Source: Azolla caroliniana (lineage: Eukaryota; Plantae; Polypodiophyta). From it: a DNA stretch of 64,000 nt. Below the pieces are notes generated by a model. That model saw nothing but the letters and a program-made list of their open reading frames with translations. It made no database searches and was not told the origin of the DNA. Position 1 is the first letter of the stretch. The number at the start of each line of letters is the position of its first letter. Location: the NCBI GenBank assembly GCA_043228905.1, contig JBHGNT010000007.1, positions 5,766,001 to 5,830,000 on the forward strand. Reading direction: 5' to 3'. Shown here one piece after another: positions 49,053-64,000 of this stretch. The position numbers and the translations under genes are program-made.

Positions 49053-52000
49053 ATGAAGGATCGCATCGCAGAGAATCAGCAGCAGGATGCCATCGCCTTA
49101 GATGAGAAGTCTCCATGCTCCTCCTCCGTTGCTAATAAGGCACCGTTCGACCTTCAACAACAGCGACAGCAAAAACAGTTTATCGGCTTACAGAGCTCGA
49201 AAGACAGATTGGAGATTGCATCAGAGGGTGGCTTGAAGTGTAGATCTGAAGGTAAAGAAGATGGACAGAGGAAGCCTTCTCATGCTTCGGCTTCTGATGG
49301 AGATAACAGGAACACGAAGGTGGTTGTTGGGTACGCTCTAACGTCGAAGAAAGTGAAGAGCTTTCTCAAGCCAAAGCTTGAGGTTCTAGCCAGGTATCCT
49401 AGCAAACCTTCTGTCTCTTTTCAACAACAAAAACCTTGAAATATGAAGATGACAATATTATCTCTTTTCTCTTTGTCTTCTGAAGATGTTTCTATAATCT
49501 AATTCTTTTCCAATTAAATAGTTTGCTGGAAAGATCATAATTTATGACCTTTGTATTAGTATTTTCGCGTATATAGAGTTGTTATTAGTCCTGCGAAAAC
49601 AATACCGCTCTCTCCTGTATGTCTGTTCTTGCCTTCAAACACGATCATTCTCTGTGATTACAGCCAAATGCAGTACACGTTATTCTTTCATTGCCATTTT
49701 TATGTGTTTGCACTTATATCTATCGATGAGAACCACATAAACTACTCACATGTTCAATGTAAAATATCAAACCTGTAACTGCTGTCTTGTAAGTGGGATA
49801 GTGAATCCATGCTCATAGAAACAGCAGCAGTGTCGGTCTGCCTTGAGGCACCATATCCATTACCATCTTCTTTGGAGGAGTGAGGAACACACAGGTTGCA
49901 CTAAAATATCAAGAAAATGGAAGTGTTATAGATGGAAACATGTGAATCTTTGGCAGAAAATGAAAGAAAATGTGTTGTGAACCTTAACATAAGAAGTCAG
50001 GAATCACCTTATCAGTGTAAGTCTGTCTTCAACAAAATGTCTTAACAGTGCAACTCGAGCTAGGGATTTATCTAACCCAAGTAGCGACCTTAGTCAAAAG
50101 CATCATGAACACCTTTGAAGAATTTACAAGGCGATTTTGTAGCACTGTACATTAAACAAGGTGATTTTGTAGCCTTTTGTAAGAATATCATAGCCTTGTT
50201 GTGAGAATGCGGCACATGCTCTAGAATTTAGAATTAGCATGTCATTATGTGATAATTGTCGCCATGGCAACTTATTATTATCTGCTTTGGCACAATGAGG
50301 CTTTGTTATTTTGAAAACATATAATTAGAGCTGTGTAGTACGCCCATAATGGAAAGAGGACTCACATTCATATCTATTGGATTAAAAAAAAAAGCCCTTA
50401 TAAATTGCCTATCAAATAGAGCTAAATGTATAAGATTTCCTCTCTTTCATGCAGTTGCAAAATAGCTGTCCCTATATATCCTTACCATGATGCATGGATG
50501 ATTTCGCTCATGCTTGCTGCCTGTACTGTCTGAGCCCCTATTGATTCACTTCACTAACATGAGATCTTTCGGCACATACATCCAAGTACTAGGTTTTGGT
50601 GATCATCTTTTCCAACTTTAGGTTTACTTTGTGAAGTTTGCTTTGACATCATTAATATTGTTTTGTTTATTGGCTTCTTGGTTGATCAATTTAGTATTTT
50701 ACATGTGATGGACGTTGTCTTCATATTGGTGCCTAGTTTATGATAGTACTGACTTTGAGTAACCAGGTTTTCTGTACAGCTATATTCACATATCTTGTTT
50801 GATATTGTTAGGGATAAGGGCATAACCTTTGTTGCTATTGATCGCAATCGACCTCTCCTAGAACAGGGTCCATTTGATGTCATACTACATAAGGTAGTTG
50901 TTATGTAACCCTTTTTACCAGCGGTTTTTTTTTCTTGATGTGTTTTAAATAAGTAGTCTTTTGATCTGCAGATAACTGGTAAGGAGTGGTGGTCGCAATT
51001 GGAGGTGAGCTCCTGCTTTTGTGCTGGTAATCATCATTTGCAATCTGTTAGATCTGAGAGCAAACCTGTACTCTGGAACTGGCTCAGATTTCTAATGACA
51101 GTAGTTACGTTGGTTAGCTTGGAGCATGATAGGCTTGAAAGTTTGCAATGCATCATACTTGACATGTAAAATAGCTCTGTAAAGTGTCTTGCTATCTGTT
51201 TTGATGATCAAATGAATTTTTAGTAGATTTTTGTGATTTCTAAAGTGAGAGAGTTTTTGCATCTGACCTATCTTTTTCAGGCATTCAAACAAAGGTATCC
51301 AGATGTCATTGTCTTAGATCCACCGGCTGCTATTCAACATGTTAGAAACAGGCAGTCAATGCTTCAGGAGGTTGCAAAGTTGAAACTTCGTGGCTGTGGA
51401 GGTGTGTCCTTTTTTTATGTTTGTGAAGGCAAGTTGCATTTGTCTCCAAAATAAATTTAATGATAAACAATGATAAACACAATTACATCCAGGACAAGTA
51501 GATGTACCGAGACAACTTGTTGTGAATGGTGATCCAGCTTCTATTCCAAGCATTGTTGAGAAGGCTGGATTGAAGCTTCCACTAGGTAGAGTATGCATTG
51601 AGGATTGACTTATGTCTTTTCTTTTAATCTTAAGTTGAATATTTATTAATGTTTTCATTTTTTTCAGTTGTAAAACCTTTAGTTGTGGATGGAAGTGCAC
51701 AATCCCATGTTTTATATCTTGCTTATGATGAGGTATGCCTCACAGAGCTCCACCCACCTGTGGTGCTTCAGGAGTTTGTAAATCATGGTAAATATTCAGT
51801 CTTTAGTTCACGTTTTTGTCCTTTCTTTCAAGTAGTGCATTTGATTCATTTGTGGTTTTCTTCCAGGAGGGGTTCTATTTAAGGTATTTATTGTCGGGGA
51901 TTCCATTAGAGTAGTCCGGAGGTTCTCTTTGCCAGACGTTGAAGGGCAAGGAGGGAATGGTGTGATGCCTTTTCCTAGGGTATCAAATGCAGCAGCTGCA

Positions 52001-52677
52001 GCTGATAATGCTGACCTAGACCCAGAAGTTGCTGGTATTTCTCTAGATGGTTACGATAGAAGCTTCCATTAATCAGCTATAACATTAAAAGAAATATCTT
52101 TTTTTGATTGTAGAGTTCTTCCATGCAAGCGTTGAATAATCTTTTTAAGTGTTCAATCAATTTCTATTTTTATTGTAGTGTTACTTCTGTAGTGTGATAA
52201 TTTACAACATTAATATGTTTCTATTTTTTTATTGTAGAGTTACCTCCATGGGAGCTTTTGGATCGTCTTTCTAAGGAATTGAGGCACCGTTTGGTATGAC
52301 TTGACTTTTGTCTACATCCTTTTCATTCTTGACAATGCAGCATGTTTTTTATGTCTTATAGTTTCAGTCTTAACTTCCTAGGGTTTGAGACTTTTCAACA
52401 TGGATATAATTCGTGAAGCAGGATCACACAATCATTATTATGTTATTGATATCAACTACTTCCCAGGTTTATTTCCTTATTCAATATTGATTCTTGGCTG
52501 TTTGATATTGGTAATATAATCAAGAATAATACCAAGAAATCTTTTTCCGTGTGGTTTGCAGGGTTTGGAAAAATGCCTGACTTTGAATATGTGTTCATTG
52601 ATTTTCTTCTAAAACTGAGTCGAAGTAGGAGCGAGAAGTTGTGCTCAGGTATATCTCGGCTAGAGGGTGGAGTGTAA
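49053..52677 (+). CDS. ITPK: Inositol 1,3,4-trisphosphate 5/6-kinase / inositol-tetrakisphosphate 1-kinase (intron-containing ITPK2/3 type)
   Basis: Exons 49053-49393, 50812-50893, 50972-51004, 51281-51401, 51493-51585, 51668-51787, 51867-52034, 52238-52293, 52382-52466, 52562-52677(TAA). VVGYALTSKKVKSF, QGPFDVILHK, LDPP..NRQSMLQEV, KPLVVDGSA.SH, LQEFVNHGGVLFKV, GLRLFNMDII, VIDINYFPGFGKMP. Confidence 0.96.
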
Positions 52678-55600
52678 TATGCACAAGATCCCACTGAGAT
52701 TTAAAGTTAAAATGGAACTACTTTGAAAAGAACTATGGATATGAGCCATTTAATAATTCAGTTTACCTTGTATCTTTCATGCATTAAATTATCTCATTTT
52801 GTTTGGTTACTTGAGTAGACAGAAAAGCTTCTCAATGTATATGTGTGCTCTTTGTGTAGTGCTAGCGAAAGTATTTGAAGAACCTATTTAAAATGAGGGT
52901 TTTTCCGAGACTTGGTTAATAAATGAAAATGCACGTTGTAAAACATTGCATACACTGTTTTACTACTGCACCAAATTGTTGGATTTTTATTTGTGGTGAT
53001 CTTCCGTGGAAATTGTGTGGCCTAAATGCATGTGTACTTGCCATTCGTTTCATTGAATTTTGGAAATTGTGGGCCATATGCATACGTCCTTGCTGTTCCT
53101 TCCATCATTTTTGAATTATTGGCTGTTAAAGGGCTTGAAGTATGTACATCATGTACTATTGCAATTTAATTCTCGAAAATGTGTAAAGCAAGGTTCAATG
53201 ATTAAATTATTTTCAGCTCAATTTTGGAATTGTAATAACCAAGTTGAAACTGGAAAAGCTGTAATCTCCACATGATGATGTCTTAGTTCTATAAGCTCAA
53301 GCTCTTAGTGGAGTCTAAATTTCCATTGTTCTAAGGGATTGGGAGTGTAAAACTAGAAATGAGATGTTACCACCCACATAAATAGAGAAGATATAAATGA
53401 AATGGTTTTAAATTAAATACAAATTGTTGAAAAGGATTTACGAAGAAGTTGAGAGCTTAAAAAGGTGGAAGAAGGGATTAGCAAACTTGAGGTGGGGGAA
53501 GGAGTCATTATTTCAAAAGGTGGAATGAGATGATGGGCTCAACCCTCACCATGGAAATGTTTCACAAAGCTTGGAGTGTGGGGAGGAGCAGAAGGACAAA
53601 TCTTGGATGGCTTGCCATGAGTGTCTACCCATACTAGTATGCCACACAAAGAATGTACAAAAAGAGACATCCACTCAAGAGTAAGAGCTTCCACCTAGGA
53701 CAAATTGCAATCGAAAGCCCCTTTTCTTCACTTTAATCCCTTATTATTTTGCTCATCATTAGTTTGATCCATATTGTAAATAAACTCGAAAGTGGATACA
53801 TTCTCACCACTCACATTGGTCAACGATAAGGAAATAGTAAACAAGCAACACTTAACCAACACATAATTAAGTAGAGAAACAAAGATAAGAAAAAACATAA
53901 AAATAGCTAAAATCTTCATTAATGGGAAGATGATCACAATGGTGCAAAGGTAGATTGACTTTTCACAACCCAAACTGGGAGATCACCTATGCGAAATTTT
54001 TGGGGACATGCTAAAAGTGACAAAGGATCTCACAAACAATTAAGAACTAGTAAGCTTAAAATGCTAACACAACGTTTTAGGTTGTCCATTGCACAACCAT
54101 TACTAGCTAACACTCATTGCTTGCTCACACTCGAACAAGCACTTGTTCCTTGTATATTCTCATGAGGCCCGTGATTAAAATTTACATTTGGAAGGCCAAT
54201 GCTCTACGTTTAAAATCACTAATTATCATTTTTCCAAATATACCCTTATTTTAATTTTGTCTACTTGTATTGTATGCCCTAGAGGATACTATATGGTTGT
54301 TGGGAGACGACTAACGCTAACGAAGGAAGTTTTTTCTAAAAGTTTTTGGAAGTTATTTCTAATGTACTCCCAATTGAGTGATATAGACACAACTTTTTCT
54401 TATATAATATGAAATTATTTATCTAAATGGTTTATGTCACTTATTGAATGCAATTCTTTAAGTTGTTCACGTTTGTGGGGTTATTTGGTCTTGTTCACAT
54501 ACAAGTTTACAACTCTCTTGAGGAAAGGGGTCCAAGAAGGGTATGAAAAAGAAGTACCCATGGAGATGACACAATATGAAACATTTATATAGGCATCCTT
54601 GATCATGGACGATTCATTTTCACATGACTATTTTTATGTAACATTTTTATGTCAGTTTAATTGTGTATTATAAAAGAATATGATAGAGAACATCTCTCAA
54701 ACTAGAGTTCCCACATTGAAAGCAATTTGAGTATAGTTTAGTTTAATCAAAGGAAGATGATAAGAGACGCTATTGTTGGCTTGCTTGATTATGACTTCTA
54801 TTATGGGGGTTGTGGTGTGGTGTCATGAACAAGTCTATGCCCCAAGTTGATACGTGAAAAAAAAAACGTGAGCAAATTATTTTGTTTGTTCACATAAATC
54901 GTTTACCATTACTAGAAAAAAGAGTGATTTTGTTTAAATACTTTTATACACTTACATCAAGAACAAAAAAAAGCCCATCCCAAAAAGTAGGGTAAAAAAA
55001 GGAAGTATGCTTTAGAATATGGTTAAGCTGAAAAGACATATATATTTACTACGTGTGTCTTCTCATTTCTACAACAAACATTGTTCTGTTGTAAGTGGTG
55101 CCTTCGCTTGTAATTTGGTAGAATGAATAGGAGGAATTTGATGGTAATTTTAAATTGAGGTAGAATTCTAGAAACATTGGGCGACCTTACTAATAAATGA
55201 GAACCACAACTATGATTTTCGTTGTGAAATACATGCTTTTATCATATAAAAAAATTCGAACATGGCGTCTCGATAAAATAGAATAGTAGCACAACTACGT
55301 TGTTTTTGACCCGCAAGTAAGCTTTACAGCTACTTTGAAGCTATGGTGTTTTCCCCAAATAATTCATGACTTTTTTTTTAAAAAATACAGGCTGTCCCTA
55401 TAAAGGATGTTGTTGTAGGAATACAGGATGATAGCCAACGGTTTTCAATGAAAAACAAAAACAGTGAGGGTGGCAAAAGAATATATGTATGATGACAGCC
55501 AACGGTTTGTTTTAATGAAAAGAAGAATCACCGTCTACATCAGGGAGGTTGTCATGATTTTGTATCGTGAAACAGAGGAGGAGGAGGACATTGGAGGGGT

Positions 55601-55855
55601 GAAGAGGGTAGTTTGACCAATGGGGTGGGGGCGATCCACATTTATATGCATCATTTAAGGCGGTGAGAGCACCAGGATGGAGAGGATGTTACGATGCCCC
55701 CTGCCACGTGAGGCGTGTAGGAATGTGATGATGTGATGTGGTTGGGTTGGGTGGGGGGTAGTGTGGTGATGTCGATACAATGTGGACGAGTGTGCGCCTG
55801 AATTGGCCATGTTTGCGAGCCCAGATAGATATATATGGGAGGATTAGAGCGTAGA

Positions 55856-55893
<38 letters not shown>

Positions 55894-55962
55894 ATGGGCC
55901 ATGTATTGGTCTTAGCAGATAGTTAATATATATTTCTTTCTTTCTCTGGGGTTGTGAACCTC

Positions 55963-56080
55963 AGGATGGGTGGATGGACACCAACCACACATATACACAC
56001 ACCCAACTCAACCCCGGATGGGTGGATGGATGCCAACCACACATACACACATAGTGGCAGGAGATACACCCAACTCAACA
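55963..56080. repeat. ~52-bp tandem duplication (ggatgggtggatgga..ccaaccacacata)
   Basis: Copies at 55964 and 56016. Confidence 0.8.
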
Positions 56081-56217
56081 CACAAATAGCCAACAATAAC
56101 TTTTAAAGAATAGCTGAATTCTCAGACAAATTGAAAATAACTACATTTTGTTCCCAAATAAATGAAAGCTTAAACATACATATACATTTCAAATAATAAA
56201 TAGGTAGCAAATGACAA

Positions 56218-56313
56218 TAGAGAAAGTGAATACAAATTGTGAAAGGTAAAAAAGAAAGACTAGAAATGAGAAGTGAATACAAATTGTGAAAGGTAAAAAA
56301 GAAAGACTAGAAA
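56218..56313. repeat. ~48-bp tandem duplication
   Basis: gagaa(a)gtgaatacaaattgtgaaaggtaaaaaagaaagactagaaat x2. Confidence 0.9.
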
Positions 56314-56549
56314 TAAAAGGAAAACAAAAGAAAACAAAATAAATTTGAAGAGAGAACTAAAACTAAATTTAAAAAAGAAAATCCAGAAAACAAAATAAAT
56401 TTGAAGAAAGAACTAAAACTAAACAAATGAATAAATTTAAAATAAAATAGATAAACTAAATAAACTACATTTTGTTTCCAAATATGTAAATGAAAGCTAC
56501 ATTTCAAAAAAAAGCAAATGAAAATAGAGAAGTTAATAAAAATTATGAG

Positions 56550-56753
56550 AGAAAGAACTCAAAATAATAATCAAAATAATAATTAAAGAAAGAACTCAAA
56601 ATAATAATCAAAATAATAATTAAAGAAAGAACTCAAAATAATAATCAAAATAATAATTAAAGAAAGAACTCAAAATAATAATTAAAGAAAGAACTCAAAA
56701 TAATAATTAAAGAAAGAACTCAAAATAATAATTAAAGAAAGAACTCAAAATAA
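56550..56753. repeat. AT-rich minisatellite with 37-bp (x3) and 25-bp (x3-4) units
   Basis: aaagaaagaactcaaaataataat(caaaataataat)t repeated. Confidence 0.92.
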
Positions 56754-56992
56754 ACAAATATGGAAAATAAAGAAATAAATACATAAACTTAAAATAAAAT
56801 AGATAAAATAAATAAATAAAAAAGAAACTAAAAATAGAAAGAATAAAATAAATAAATAAATGGTTGAAAAAAAGAAGAAAAAAGAAAAAAGAAAAAAGAA
56901 AAAACGAAAACGAGAGAAGGAAAAGAAATCACAATCTAGTGTTGCTTCGCCTTCTTCCTCTTCCCTGCATCATGCCCATCATGCCCATCATG

Positions 56993-57022
56993 CCCTAACC
57001 CTAACCCTAACCCTAACCCTAA
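56993..57022 (+). repeat. (CCCTAA)5 telomere-like hexamer array upstream of squalene epoxidase
   Basis: Five perfect CCCTAA units following CATGCCCAT repeats; canonical telo-box aaacccta at 57093-57100. Confidence 0.9.
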
Positions 57023-57161
57023 CTATCCTGTCTTCTCTCTCTCTCTCTCTCTCTGCTTTGCCTGCTTATCTCCCAACCCTCGCCTTTGCATGAAACCCTA
57101 GTTTACTCTCTTTCCTTTCTTTCATCGCATTCCCTCCCCCCTCTCTGCTCCTCTCTGGCGG

Positions 57162-61850
<4,689 letters not shown>

Positions 61851-62451
61851 TTTGCTTATTACCTGAAGAAGAATGGATATGGCACACGATTATTTGTCTA
61901 GATTTGAGTGACTTTTTGGAGCTTTTATATTTCTTTTTGTTTGGTAATTGCACTCATAAGGCCATCTCTTTTATATATTGTGACTCCTTTGTGTAGCCTC
62001 TCCCAATCTCTCAAAAGCAGTAGCTAATGAAATTAGGATTGGATATGTATTTGTAAATGATGCAAAGTTTTTGCTATATTCAGAAGGTCAATAAAGAGCC
62101 ACAATACTAGGTTTGTAATTGTTATTCAGAAATTCGACACAATGTAATGGAACGTTCTTTGTAAGGTTAATAAATAAAGAGCTATTCAACTGGATTTGCT
62201 AGAAAATCATCTTTTGGCTTAATTAATGCTGCCAACCAATAGATAAGGAAGCTGCAATATTTACAAGGGGGTCACAGCTTCATTAATTATGGATGAAAAT
62301 TCACCATATTCTTGTATATTTTTTTCAACATAAATGTGTGGTATGTATTTTTCTTTAGTCAACATATTATTATTGTATATTTGAGTAATCTATGACACGT
62401 ATGTAAGTTTGATAATCATAGTCTAGGGAGGAGGATATAGTTATGGTCATG

Positions 62452-62522
62452 AGAAAGAAAGAAAGAAAGAAATATTAACGTCTTCTAAGGCCAAAATTGG
62501 CCCACGAGACAAATGGTTTACA
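62452..62522 (-). mobile_element. Extreme 3' end of the (TTTC)-tailed RTE family
   Basis: (gaaa)n tattaacgtctt.taag..gccaaaat.ggcc is nearly identical to 5838-5888. Confidence 0.8.
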
Positions 62523-63272
62523 ATGAAAAATGGGATATTTACCCATTCATCGAAATTAAAAAATAAAAATAAAAATAGAGTTTTAAGCTCAAGAGAGGGA
62601 GTATATAGTCTGTGTATGTAAACCAAGCTCAAGAGAGAAAGGGCATGCATTTTCCAACTCATTTTTCCCATTGGAGATGCACTGAAAGGATTGGAATGAG
62701 TTGCATGGTTCTTACGCATGGTTGGTTCGAGTTGTTTCTCCGTTTTATATCCCTTTTTTAGCTGCTGCCTACACAATGAAAGGATGATTCTGGATTAGGG
62801 TCATGGTGCTCAGCAATAATGCTAGACCAATTTGAATGTTGTTTATACACATTCAGCAACTTGGCCTCCACATGTTTTTCGATCTATTAATCGCGAGAAA
62901 GTTAGTATATTCTTTAGGGAAGTGAGACATCTCCTCTTCCCTTCAAATGTCAATACAAATACTAACGTGAAAAGATATACTCATAAGTTACAACTATATC
63001 CCAAGCACATAATCTGATGAAGATACTGTGTTCTAATTGTTCCACATTGAGAGACAGCCATAATTTTTCTTTCTTCTATAAAAAAGCTGGAATGATACAG
63101 AGAAGAGAAGACAAATTACGGTTTGAAGCTCCCCCCCCATCATACTCTCTCAGGAAAGAGTGTTCTAGCGGCATGGGAAGACTGTGGCCAGTGTCATTGC
63201 ACTCTTTTAGATGGTCACTAACACAGGCAAAAGCCATTATTACAAATGATTTGCCCATCAAAAATATGATCA

Positions 63273-63947
63273 TCATTCGATTGGTTCTAGAGCAATGGAA
63301 ATGAAGACATCCACTAGATTAGAAGGATCGGAGAAGAAAGGGGAATGGTCGCTATTGGCAAGGGTAATGACTTTGTGGGGTGGGTTTTGCTCCACCATTG
63401 TAGCTTGCATGCTCGGTGGTAGGGCTTCGTCCGATTCTGCGATGATGTAGTACCGCGGAATGCTTCCATAATTTCTCTCACTCAAGTTGAGCACCTCCGA
63501 GAATGGGGAGGTCGGAGTAGGGGTCAAGCAACTCCGAGCGAGACATATGTCTTCACTTGAGGTTCGGGTGTAAAGTTTGAGGATACTCTCGGGATGAATA
63601 GACACCGACACCATTTCCTTCTTCGAACATTTGTTGTTGTCGCCATTCTCGACCTCTTCATCGTCGGTAAAATGTGGAGCTAGTGCGTTTAACCCAAGAA
63701 ATAACTCGAAGTACTATATGCATGACCAATATAACCAAAAAAACTCAATATTGGTGGTCTCAATGCCCATTTAATGTTTATAATATGTTTAACAAAACTC
63801 AATTAGAAGAAAGAATACCGGGAAGAACACGGAGCCAATGGGGAGCATGAACGCGGTGAGGAAGATGGCTCTAGAGATCTTGTGCGGAAAGAGCTCCATG
63901 GCATAGGAGATAGTGCTTCCACCCAAGCTATGGCCGACGAGGACCAC
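63273..63947 (-). CDS. MES: Methylesterase / alpha-beta hydrolase (SABP2/MES family), 3' part; 5' exons outside window
   Basis: Exons 63947-63819 (VVLVGHSLGG nucleophile elbow, YAMELFPHKISRAIFLTAFM) and 63713-63273 (NYGSIPRYYI.AESDEAL; SDHSPFFS). Ser-Asp-His triad intact. Confidence 0.92.
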
Positions 63948-64000
63948 CTAAAAGACATGGATTTTTTGCGCACAAACAAAGTTACTTGTCGGGATTACGA

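Noticed and set aside
48537-49066. Minus-strand ORFs with MAMAMA, WRWRWR and YLFI repeats
   Set aside because: Translations of (CGCCAT)n and (AAAT)n microsatellites.
49700-50300. Possible RTE relic in ITPK intron 1 (MLIETAAV..)
   Set aside because: Only one weak motif; insufficient support.
52900-55600. Intergenic DNA between ITPK and SQE, including a Tc1/mariner-like end tacaggctgtccc at 55386
   Set aside because: No partner inverted repeat or coding signal found.
56550-56753. Regularly spaced repeats resembling a CRISPR array
   Set aside because: Head-to-tail minisatellite with no unique spacers, no cas genes, eukaryotic context.

Overview
AT-rich eukaryotic DNA from a land plant with GT-AG introns. 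A fern or other non-seed vascular plant is my inference from protein divergence and TE content, not an established fact. Six intron-containing genes can be built exon by exon: an ATX3/4/5-type H3K4 methyltransferase (+, 5'-truncated by the window), eIF4E (+), a conserved zinc-finger protein of unknown function (-), an inositol tris/tetrakisphosphate kinase (+), squalene epoxidase (+) and a methylesterase (-, 5'-truncated). The genes lie among layered retroelements: two full-length but decayed Ty1/Copia elements, each inserted into an older RTE LINE; a 5'-truncated L1 with a 24-bp TSD; four or five solo LTRs with TSDs; several RTE 3' ends with (TTTC)n tails; putative CRE-clade relics; and MITEs. 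I found no prokaryote-type system, CRISPR array, tRNA or rRNA, and no clearly new biological system. The best leads are: (i) a GC-rich solo LTR with an atypical 4-bp GCGC TSD just upstream of eIF4E; (ii) an Ale-type Copia that looks angiosperm/grass-like, a possible horizontal transfer; (iii) a 10-kb, multiply nested TE intron inside the PWWP-coding region of the methyltransferase; (iv) tandem duplications of splice-site-containing segments in three genes. All alignments and identities were done by eye.
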